From: an uncultured archaeon
GTDB lineage: Archaea > Asgardarchaeota > Lokiarchaeia > Sigyniarchaeales > SOKP01
DNA length: 64,000 nt
Reading direction: 5' to 3'
Assembly: GCA_964486045.1 (NCBI GenBank)
Contig: CAZALK010000006.1
Coordinates: 160,001-224,000, forward strand
The position numbers were made by a program, and so were the translations under genes. Position 1 is the stretch's first letter. Each line of letters begins with the position of its first letter. Below the pieces are notes generated by a model, which saw nothing but the letters and a program-made list of their open reading frames with translations, was not told where the DNA came from and ran no database searches. Shown here piece after piece: positions 47,601 to 57,500 of the stretch.

Positions 47601-50600
47601 ATGACACATTTTAAATTAATTTTAAAATATGCGTTTTCGGATTTAAAAAAGCAAAAAATTCGCACGATATTTGCTATAACAGGAGTTTTAATTTCAATTG
47701 GTTTATTGACAATTATTTTATTCTTATCTGATTCTATTTCTGCTAGTTATGTGGACTTTCTTACAGTTGAAGCGGGTAATCAAGATGCTTCTATTTCTGT
47801 GAGACATTATACAGGAGAACCAGAAGATAGATCGTCGTATTTTCAATTCAACCCCATCATAGATACTATCAAAAATACAACAAATGCGATAGAAAGTTAT
47901 ATTCCAAGAATGGATGTTTCAGGAAGTGTAAAAAATAAATTAACAGGTGAAGTTGAATGGAGTGTGATCTCTGCAATTAACTTTTCTTTAGAAACTGAGA
48001 TTAATTTTGGAGCTTTCATTGACCCAGACTCAGGTAATGAGCTTAACCTGAGCGAATTACCCTTAGATCGCTGTGCGATCTATTATGGGTTTAATGACGT
48101 GATTGGATATTCACAAAACGATGTTATTGAAATAGATTTTCGATTAACAGATGGAAATCAAACATTATCCGTTATAAAAAACTTAACGATTAATGCAATC
48201 TTTGATTTCAGTCTAAAATGGCCAGATGATTATCGAAGTGACCATCTAATAGTAGTTGACATGAGTACTCTATATGAATATTTTGGTTTTGCTGAATTTA
48301 ATGGGCGCAGTAATGAACTTATTTTGACCTTTCAACAGAGTAGTGGGCTCTATGATATAAGGAACATTGAGGGAACAAAAACAATTGTTAAAGATATAAT
48401 GGGTAACATTCAAATGGCAATTGGAATTAAAGAATATAACATTGATATGCCAAAATTACGAATATTGGGATATTCCGAGTTTGTAAGCGTATTAATTGTT
48501 ATTGTTTTTATTTTTGTTTCGGTCGTGGCTATGCTCATTTCTGGTGTGTTGATTAGTGGAATATTAAAAACTTCAGTAGAAGAAAGAATTAGAGAATTTG
48601 GCGTGTTTAGAACCTTAGGAGCTAGTAAGAAGTATAATCTTGCAATAGTTTTAATGCAAGGTTTCTTATTATGCAATTTTGGGACAATTCTAGGTATCTT
48701 TACTGCAAATTTACTGACTAGATTTCTTATAATACCCTTTGCAAATAGATTAATCACCGCGAGCACTCTTGGTTTCACTCAATTAAACTTTTCTTTTACG
48801 TGGTGGTCACTACTAATATCTTACTCTATGGGAATTGGTGTTGGAATGGTAGTTAGTATATTTCCTGCTCTAAAAGTAATGCATCTTCAACTTATTGAAT
48901 CTATCCATCCATATCGCCATGAGGATACATTATTTCATTTGCGGAAAAAACCCACGATCAATTACAAAATATTGCTCATGGGAATAATTTTGGCATTGAA
49001 TGGGGGGTTTGTCTTTTTCATCATCCCAAGACTCCTAATTTCAACAGATTCTACTATTTTTTCGGGAACTTTCGTGTCTATCTTACTTCTTTTTAATATT
49101 GGGTTAACTTTAGCTGGTTTAGGAATAATGCCAGTAATGTTAAGACTCGTAATTCAATTATTTAGACCTATTGCTAAACATTTACATGATGTAATCAAAA
49201 TTTTTGTCTTTCGATACCAACGAAGAAATTCAAGCACTGTTATAATTTTTGCATTATCGTTTTCGTTTGTAATTTTTACTTCAACGGTAATTAACACCCT
49301 TTCAGCACAAAATTCAGCAATGACGCAACTAACGTATGGATCAGATTTAGTGATTGAAACTTCTGGCTGGAAGGAGCCAGAAGAGATTTTTGAAGGAGGA
49401 TTTGGTGGCGGAGATTCCTTTTTATTATCATCTATAAGTAATAATTATGATAATCGACTGCAGGGAAATCTTGAGACTCTCGATAGAGGTAACTATGAAT
49501 CTGAAATTAATCCAAATAAAATAATGACCACAGAGTTTGAAGAAATTTTGTTAGGAATTAATGGAGTAGAGAAAACGTCTTCTGTTTTAGCAAGACCTTA
49601 TCAATTAACTCAGATTTATTCTGATGCAGAGAAGGAATTTAAAGCGGAGCTGGGGGATTATGCCGGATTAAATACTCAAGATATAACGTTATTAGGCATA
49701 GATGAACAGTATTTGTTTACAATTAAGAGGGAATACGTAGAAATGACTTCTAGTAATGCAGAAATAGCATTTACGGATATATTTACTAAATTTGAACAAT
49801 TTTTCAGTTGTATAATATCAGAAGCCATTGCTATTGGCTTAAATTTATTAATTGGTGATTATATAAGGATTGTCATTCATCGAGGAGATGAAATGGAAGT
49901 TTATCCTTTCAAGATAGTGGGAACAGCAAGGAGTATGCCGGGTTTTTCTCAGGAGTTTGGCGGATCTACGATACAGGCACCAAGAGGAGGAGTATTGGTT
50001 TCTCAACAGACTTATATTGAGATAATGAATATTCCGTCTGTTCCTTATGTAGACAGAATTTTTATTAAACTTAGAGAGGATCAATCAACTTCTGCTTATT
50101 ATATTGAAGATTTAATTAATGAAGAGTTTAGGTCAGATTATAATTATAACATCTATAATCTCAATAGATTAGTAATTGCTCAAGAATCTTCTTTTTTCGT
50201 GTTAGATATATTATTTACACTAATCGCTATGACAACAGTTTTGATTTGTATTTTTGGATTACTTTCTTCATCTTATTCTACGATTCTTGAAAGAAAGAAA
50301 GAGATAGGAATAGTTAGAACTTTAGGGTTAAAAGCAAAAGAAATTAATCGCCTATTTATAATCGAATCACTCATAATACTAATTAGTAGTGGAACTATTG
50401 GAATAGTAGTTGGTTGGCTCTCAGCTTGGATTGTCACATCAAATTTAAGCATACTATCAGGGGAACCAGACATATTATATATACCCTTATTTAATATAAT
50501 CCTCATTTTTTCTGTTTCATTGGTACTGGTTCTAATTGGAATGAAACTTCTTTTAAGGAAAGTTCGGAAGAAAAAAATTGTTGAAATATATAGAGAGACT

Positions 50601-50606
50601 ATGTAG
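47601..50606 (+). CDS. Double FtsX/MacB-type ABC permease (paralogue 1)
   Basis: Two FtsX coupling motifs (EERIREFGVFRTLG, ERKKEIGIVRTLG) and two large extracytoplasmic loops. Confidence 0.93.
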   Translation: MTHFKLILKYAFSDLKKQKIRTIFAITGVLISIGLLTIILFLSDSISASYVDFLTVEAGNQDASISVRHYTGEPEDRSSYFQFNPIIDTIKNTTNAIESYIPRMDVSGSVKNKLTGEVEWSVISAINFSLETEINFGAFIDPDSGNELNLSELPLDRCAIYYGFNDVIGYSQNDVIEIDFRLTDGNQTLSVIKNLTINAIFDFSLKWPDDYRSDHLIVVDMSTLYEYFGFAEFNGRSNELILTFQQSSGLYDIRNIEGTKTIVKDIMGNIQMAIGIKEYNIDMPKLRILGYSEFVSVLIVIVFIFVSVVAMLISGVLISGILKTSVEERIREFGVFRTLGASKKYNLAIVLMQGFLLCNFGTILGIFTANLLTRFLIIPFANRLITASTLGFTQLNFSFTWWSLLISYSMGIGVGMVVSIFPALKVMHLQLIESIHPYRHEDTLFHLRKKPTINYKILLMGIILALNGGFVFFIIPRLLISTDSTIFSGTFVSILLLFNIGLTLAGLGIMPVMLRLVIQLFRPIAKHLHDVIKIFVFRYQRRNSSTVIIFALSFSFVIFTSTVINTLSAQNSAMTQLTYGSDLVIETSGWKEPEEIFEGGFGGGDSFLLSSISNNYDNRLQGNLETLDRGNYESEINPNKIMTTEFEEILLGINGVEKTSSVLARPYQLTQIYSDAEKEFKAELGDYAGLNTQDITLLGIDEQYLFTIKREYVEMTSSNAEIAFTDIFTKFEQFFSCIISEAIAIGLNLLIGDYIRIVIHRGDEMEVYPFKIVGTARSMPGFSQEFGGSTIQAPRGGVLVSQQTYIEIMNIPSVPYVDRIFIKLREDQSTSAYYIEDLINEEFRSDYNYNIYNLNRLVIAQESSFFVLDILFTLIAMTTVLICIFGLLSSSYSTILERKKEIGIVRTLGLKAKEINRLFIIESLIILISSGTIGIVVGWLSAWIVTSNLSILSGEPDILYIPLFNIILIFSVSLVLVLIGMKLLLRKVRKKKIVEIYRETM

Positions 50607-50615
50607 GAGGAGATT

Positions 50616-53600
50616 ATGGCGCAGTCTAAAAAAAAGTTTCGTTTCTTCTTTATCTTTCTAATTTTTCTATCCCCATTATATTTTCAGTTAAAGAGTCACA
50701 ACCTAAATTTCCCCATTTTAAAAGATGATTCTAAATTGAATCATAATGATAGAAAGGAGGTTTTAAGGTCATCTGACATAGCAGGTTCGGATCTATATGC
50801 AGAACAAATTAACGCTTATGTAGCTGGTAATAAATCTATTATAAAGCATTCTCTTTTTACAAATGATACGAATATCTTTCCTCAATTTGATTTAAATGAT
50901 CCAGCTTTTTATAAATGTAACGCTTTAATTAGTGCTTCTAATACGATTAATCCTGGAATTTTTCCAAAACTTTTAACAGAAAGTAAGATAGGTTCTCAAT
51001 ACGAATTAGGATTCAATAGTTTTATAGGATTCCTTTCTTATGATGAAGAAATGAATATCAATGATGTTCAATTGAGAGCGGAGAGAGCTCTTGAAATCAT
51101 AAAGAGAAAATTTGAGATTGATCTCATCATGGTAAATGTATCAAAGATAAATAGTTTCATTTTTATAGGCGATTTCCCAAAATGGGATTTATTTTTCGAT
51201 GAAATTACTCGGAATTTACCTATGGATGGTTATTGGAAAGCATTAGATCTCTCACGTATAACTAGCAAAAATTATTATGAAAAATTTCATCTATCTTCGA
51301 CTTTTATGATAATAAATTCTCTAAGCTTTATTGAGGAAGAACCTGATTTCTCAACTGACCAATTAAACTTCAACTTTCAATCTCTTGATTTGTCTTACTT
51401 GGAAAATCTAGAATTGAACCCTCTTATTGATCAATTTGGTACCATTGGGGGTAATTTCGGAGAAATTATTAACGCAACTATTTCAGAAGAAGAACTGGAT
51501 CAATTCATTGATGTTCTAAGCTCCTTTTCCTTATCAAATGAATCTAGCTATACGAGCTTAATGATTCAATATGAAGGTTTGAGTGATGGAATAAAAAAGA
51601 TTGGAATAAATCAATATGAGTTTGATCTATGGAAATCTTTAGGATATATAGGAACGCCATTAGCACCTAGTGAAAAAATTTATATTGCTTTGGTAGGGGC
51701 TTTTATGAGTGATATCGAGATAAATATTTTGTGTACTGATATTGTAGACCAAACACCAAGTAATTTTGAATTTTATGATTATCTTCTTGAACAGATTGAT
51801 TTATTAATGTACATTGCAGGAATCGAATTTGATATTCAAACACTAAAGGATTATTCATTTGAATTATTTTGGGTTAATGAAGAAGGATTTAAAAAATCCT
51901 ACGTTAAACCAGTAAATCTTAACGATCCAAGCGATACTATCAATTTTTTTCAACAATTAGGATTTGACGGGTTCCCCTATATCCCTACAGGGATTGTAAA
52001 TCCACCTGATGATTTTTTAATTACATATAATTCCTCTCATTCCGAACCCAATATGATTCTTAAAAAAGAACTAATAGGAGAAAATGCATCCTATGGAGCG
52101 TATCGTGATTTTACTTACAGAATAACAGCAGAGAATATAGGAAATACGACTGCTTGGGGTATACCTACTTCAATTCCACTGGAACTCAATGATTTCTTTT
52201 TATTACTTACTTTAGGGAATCAGCCATTAGCAGATGAATTTCAAAATACGATTTGGGATGTTGTAAGAATAGAATATCCGAACCAATACAATTCATTAGA
52301 GAGTTTTTTTAATTTTGATAAAGACCCTTTAATATTCTATTTTGATTCTTTAGGTATTGGAGTCTATGATACATTCTTTCCAAATATCTTGAACTTTACT
52401 AACTTGTCGCCTTATAATGGAGAAATGGATCACATAATTGATATAATAATTGCGGGATATCCTCAATTAATAACTACTTTGGCTATAATAGGTGTAACTA
52501 CTGATGAACTTAAGGATACATTTACTAATAAGTATAGTGTATGGAATGACGATAACTGGAAGTTAATACCAGGAGAATCTCTTTCTTATGAGATTGGAAA
52601 TGTATCAATCGCATATTTAGATTCATTTAAGCCCTTTTATTCAACCAATTTTACAATAAATTCCACCCCTCAGACTCCTGAAGTGATTTCAGGAACAACG
52701 ATTAGTGACACACTACCAGAAATGGCATTGTCTATGAATAATGAAAGTTGGATAATTGGATCAGAAGAAATATTTTTAAAACAAAGAATTGAGGTAGATT
52801 TTGTTTTTAGGAATGATACTGCTATAGATTTAGTTAATAACAACATTGAGAGAGTTTCATTGATAATGAATTTTAGTGCGAGAGAAAACTTGGAATCTTT
52901 AGATTTTGAGATTTTTAATTTTAGTAGTGAAGAATTTCTTGATATGACCCCGTATTTAGATTCTATAGAAAACAATACTTGGACATTTTCTTTTATCAAT
53001 AATAATGAAAGTTTAAATTGGTTATTTTATACCGAAGATAAACCAAATTTTACCACCTTATTTAAGATTAACGGTGTTGACTCTGAAAGGTTTAATATAT
53101 CTATAGATGATCTTGATGTGGAATTTTCAACTCGTGAAATTAACATTAATAATGATACTGGATCGAAAGTTCTTTTTGGTTCACTTTCAGGCAATGTCGA
53201 ATTTGAAAGATTTTCTAATTCAATACCATTAAGTACTTATGATATGTCATCAATTATCGCAACTTCATATATTGTAAACTACAGTTCAAAACCAGGAGCT
53301 CTAAATACTTATATTATTGATTTAAAAAATATTGGTTCTAACACTGCTAAAAATGTTAGAATAAATATGCAAATTCCAGGTATCATGGAGGATGTTAACG
53401 AATTTACACTTGAAAATAGCAATCTGACATATTTTTTACCTAGTTTAGCACCTTCTGAAGAAAAGACCATAAATTTTTCTTTTTATTCCCCCAATACAAG
53501 ATCTATAAGTGATGTCTTAATTACATATGATAATTTAGAAAAAATTCAGGGAGGAAATTCATCTCAATTAAGATCTTTAACAAATCAAGTATATATATCA

Positions 53601-54542
53601 GCTCCGGTAGATTATATGGAAATATTTCCTTTTATCAGATTTATTAAGTTTGGGTATGATTCAAATACTAATGTTCTACCTACAATTGGCTCTGAGTTTA
53701 ATTTAACAATAAGTTTAAAAAACATGGGACCAAATGGTTTTAGAATTCCAGATTTAAATATTTCTATGAATGATCAAATTGGAGATTTAAGAAGGGTAAA
53801 TAATAATAGTTTAGATTTTGAAGGGATTGATTATGATGAGAAAATTTTCTTTAATATTACACTAAAAAAGACGGATTGGAAAGCCTACTATTATTCTCCT
53901 ATAAATTTTATAAACGGCTCGGAAGGCATAACAATCCAAATTTTAAATTCATCTTCAATAATCTTAGGAAAAATCAACTTTTCACTAATAAAATCTGTGA
54001 ATAAAAACCAAATCGAGATTGGTGATGAGATAAATGTCTCTATTGAAATTAAAAATACGGGCACTATTACTGTCAAAGATATAATGGTCAATGATTTAAT
54101 TAGTTATTCTCAATCTCATTTCTCGTTGATTGAGGGTAATTTGGTAATTTTTATAAATAGTCTAAAACCAGGAGAATATGTTTCTTTAAATTACACTATA
54201 AGAGCAAAAAGACAATCTTTTGTAGCGTTAAGACCCGCAAGCATTATATTTTATTATCTGGGAAAAGAGATAGAGCAATCAAATATTCTATACATAAAAA
54301 TCATTACGCCACAACTAACTCAATTCTTATATGTTTTTATTCCTAGTTTAGCTGTTTTATTTATTTTAGCAGGATTTTTTTGTCAAAACAATAAGCATAA
54401 AACGAGGAGTGGGGAACTGAGAAGAATTGAGAGGCATTTATTTAAGATGAGCTCAAGAGACTCAGTCTTAAAATTCAAATCTACTTTAAGAGAAAGATTA
54501 AAAATCATTACGAAAGAATCCAAAGTGAATGAGGAAGAATAG
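50616..54542 (+). CDS. Large type I membrane protein with DUF11/CARDB-like Ig domains
   Basis: N-terminal signal/anchor; repeated I...N.G beta-sandwich motifs (AENIGN, LKNIGS, LKNMGP, IKNTGT, L.PGE); C-terminal TM with basic tail; SD GGAGG. Confidence 0.85.
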   Translation: MAQSKKKFRFFFIFLIFLSPLYFQLKSHNLNFPILKDDSKLNHNDRKEVLRSSDIAGSDLYAEQINAYVAGNKSIIKHSLFTNDTNIFPQFDLNDPAFYKCNALISASNTINPGIFPKLLTESKIGSQYELGFNSFIGFLSYDEEMNINDVQLRAERALEIIKRKFEIDLIMVNVSKINSFIFIGDFPKWDLFFDEITRNLPMDGYWKALDLSRITSKNYYEKFHLSSTFMIINSLSFIEEEPDFSTDQLNFNFQSLDLSYLENLELNPLIDQFGTIGGNFGEIINATISEEELDQFIDVLSSFSLSNESSYTSLMIQYEGLSDGIKKIGINQYEFDLWKSLGYIGTPLAPSEKIYIALVGAFMSDIEINILCTDIVDQTPSNFEFYDYLLEQIDLLMYIAGIEFDIQTLKDYSFELFWVNEEGFKKSYVKPVNLNDPSDTINFFQQLGFDGFPYIPTGIVNPPDDFLITYNSSHSEPNMILKKELIGENASYGAYRDFTYRITAENIGNTTAWGIPTSIPLELNDFFLLLTLGNQPLADEFQNTIWDVVRIEYPNQYNSLESFFNFDKDPLIFYFDSLGIGVYDTFFPNILNFTNLSPYNGEMDHIIDIIIAGYPQLITTLAIIGVTTDELKDTFTNKYSVWNDDNWKLIPGESLSYEIGNVSIAYLDSFKPFYSTNFTINSTPQTPEVISGTTISDTLPEMALSMNNESWIIGSEEIFLKQRIEVDFVFRNDTAIDLVNNNIERVSLIMNFSARENLESLDFEIFNFSSEEFLDMTPYLDSIENNTWTFSFINNNESLNWLFYTEDKPNFTTLFKINGVDSERFNISIDDLDVEFSTREININNDTGSKVLFGSLSGNVEFERFSNSIPLSTYDMSSIIATSYIVNYSSKPGALNTYIIDLKNIGSNTAKNVRINMQIPGIMEDVNEFTLENSNLTYFLPSLAPSEEKTINFSFYSPNTRSISDVLITYDNLEKIQGGNSSQLRSLTNQVYISAPVDYMEIFPFIRFIKFGYDSNTNVLPTIGSEFNLTISLKNMGPNGFRIPDLNISMNDQIGDLRRVNNNSLDFEGIDYDEKIFFNITLKKTDWKAYYYSPINFINGSEGITIQILNSSSIILGKINFSLIKSVNKNQIEIGDEINVSIEIKNTGTITVKDIMVNDLISYSQSHFSLIEGNLVIFINSLKPGEYVSLNYTIRAKRQSFVALRPASIIFYYLGKEIEQSNILYIKIITPQLTQFLYVFIPSLAVLFILAGFFCQNNKHKTRSGELRRIERHLFKMSSRDSVLKFKSTLRERLKIITKESKVNEEE

Positions 54543-54550
54543 GGGAGATT

Positions 54551-57500
54551 ATAACGTTAAAAAAGAAATTTAAAATATTTTTTATATTATTTGTTATACT
54601 TTTAATTCAGTTTTGGTATAATTCTTCTTATTTTGATTCATACGGTTCAGCAGTATATGATGCAAACCAGGATATTATTGAAGAAAAAATTGTATCTTCC
54701 AAGATTTTCCAAGAAAATGTAATTGTATTCTTTAATGAATCTTCATACAACAGTTCTGTTATTTTAAGATTCCAATATTACGGGGGATTGGTCACTAAAG
54801 AGTGGAATGATGTGTTTTCTTCATTTTCAGGTTTTACTGGGATTATGGCTTCAGATCAAAATATTACTCTATATCAAAATGATTTTCCAGACTCTCAAAT
54901 AGAAAATAATGAACTGCTAAGAATACAAATGAATTATGCTTCAATTCAAACGGGGGCATTCAATTCATCGTGGTTGTTAAATGGGTATAAAGGAGATACT
55001 AATTCTTCAGTGGCGATATTAGATACAGGGATAAATCCAAATCACGACTATTTTCCAAATGGTTATAACTCATCAGATCTAAGTGGAAATATCGTTGGTT
55101 GGGAAAATTTTGTTGACAGTGAACCAATTGATGATGAAAATGGTCATGGAACTTTTATATCATCCATTATCTCTGGGACAGGAAAAAGTTCAAATGTAAC
55201 TACAACAGTAAAAATCCACGGAAATTATACCCATTCGGATTTGTTTGAGGAATATACTCCTTCGAAAAACTTTAGTTTTAAAATAGCTTCCTTAAATGCA
55301 TCAAATCCAGCTTCATTTATTTCAATTAATTCAACTTCAAATTGGAAAAGCAATGAAATTGATGCATTTTGGGTTGAATTATTTTATGACAATTCTTTAG
55401 TAGCTTATACCCATAACGAGAATCCTAATGATCATTATAGCATAAATCACCCGTTATCGCAAGAAACCCTTGGAATTTATGACATTTATATAAAGTATCA
55501 TAAAACATTTCAAAGTAACCCTCTATTCTCATATAATTCTACTATCACATACTTCCCTGAATCTTATTCCGGAGACAGTAAAGACTTTACAGGAATAGCA
55601 AATGCCACAAAATTAGTGGCTTATAAGATATTAAACCAATCTGGGATAGGATATTCATCTGACTTAATCTCAGCATTAGGAAATGTCATAAATAATAGAA
55701 GTAATTATCATATAGTTAGCACATGTTTAAGTATTGGTACATTGGGAGAAGATGTAGAAGCAGTCAATAAAGCAATAAATGAAGTCATAGAAAATGGTGT
55801 TTTAGTTGTGATTGCTGCGGGGAATAATGGAATTGAGACCTTAGAATCTTTAAATAAATTAGCAAGAAATAAAAATGCGATAGTTGTTGGTGCGATCAAT
55901 GATAATGATCAAGTTACGTCATATAGTAGCATTGGTAATAATTTTGGGAACATAATTAAACCAGATATTGTCGCTCCAGGTGGAAGCAAAGTAGATCAAC
56001 ACAGAACAATCATTTCTGCTGATAAAGAATCAAATTCTCTTACAAGTTACTATGGAACTTCAATTTCAACTGCAATAGTCTCTGCTGTTATTAATCTTTT
56101 AATTGAAGCAAGGTGGAACAATTGGAGCCAATGGAATTCTTTAAACCTTACTAATTGGGTTAGATATATTAAAGCTATTTTATTAATGACTGCTTCAGAA
56201 ACTAATCTTGAGAGAGAAGATGACCCCTCTACAATAGAAGATGAAAGTGAATATTCACCGAATGTTTCGATTTCACCTTTAACTTCTGGTTTAAAAGATA
56301 TTCATGAAGGATATGGGAGATTAAATATTCAGGGGGCTATAGATGCATTAACGAAGGCAATGGGTGTAAATACATCTATCAGTGATAATTTAATTAGTTC
56401 CCAAGATAATCCTTTAGCAACTCATGTGTTTGCTCGTAAAATAAAATTACTTGAAGATAATCAATATTTATTTAATTTATCGATAACTGATGTAAATGCT
56501 GATTTTGATGTGTTCTTATTTTCAAATGTGTCAAATCAATATGGGGAGCCTATTTTACTCGAAGCTTCAAGAAAATTTTATAGTGATTTAGATTATTTTT
56601 ACTTTATCCCTAAGGAAAATCAAACGGATTGCATTGTTGTAATTAAAGCAATTGAAGGCAGTAGCTCGTTTACCTTAAATGTTTCTACGGTCGAAAATAA
56701 ATTTGAACCCTTGTTATCAGTTCCAGAAATAAGCTATATTGGGAATTCTAGGAATGTAACAGTTATGGGTTTTCAAGAATTTTTAGGGAATAGTCCATTA
56801 AAGAATTATAGTATTGATAGCTTTAGGTTTTATATCGATTACTTTGATAATGATAGCTCAAGTGTTCCCCCTCAAGAAGTGTATGTTTCTATTATGGAAA
56901 TTTCAATAAATTTTACCCTTACTCAGTTTTTTCCCCCAGATGATAATTATGCGGATGGAGCTTTATTTATAAGTGATTATATTCAATTTTCAGAAGCGGG
57001 GACTTTCCAGTATTATTTTGTTGCCAGTGACGGTAAATTTAGTATAAGGTTTCCAGAAGTAGGATCTTTAAATATAACTATTGAATTTCCAACGGAAAGC
57101 GTTCAATTTCCTTCTCAATACAGTTTTAATAACGGGATCGGTAATTGGACTAAGATTGGAACAGGTTGGGATACATTACATCAATTAAATAATATTGATA
57201 ATAGATCTCGAGTTTACCAAAACTCTTGGGAATCTCTGTATTTTGGTACAAATCATATTTTTCCTCCAAATTACACATATCAACCAATAAAAATAACAGA
57301 AGATCCTTACCCTAATGGTTCGTTAACAAGTCCATTGTATAACTTAACTCAAATAAATAAAAATATGACTAAGCCATATGCTAGATTTGGCTTACGGGTG
57401 AGTGTTAACTTTGGTGATTTTGTTTATTTACAGATTAATCTAAATTGGACAGGTTGGCAAACGATTAAAACCTATACAAATGAAGAGAGAGATTGGTATA

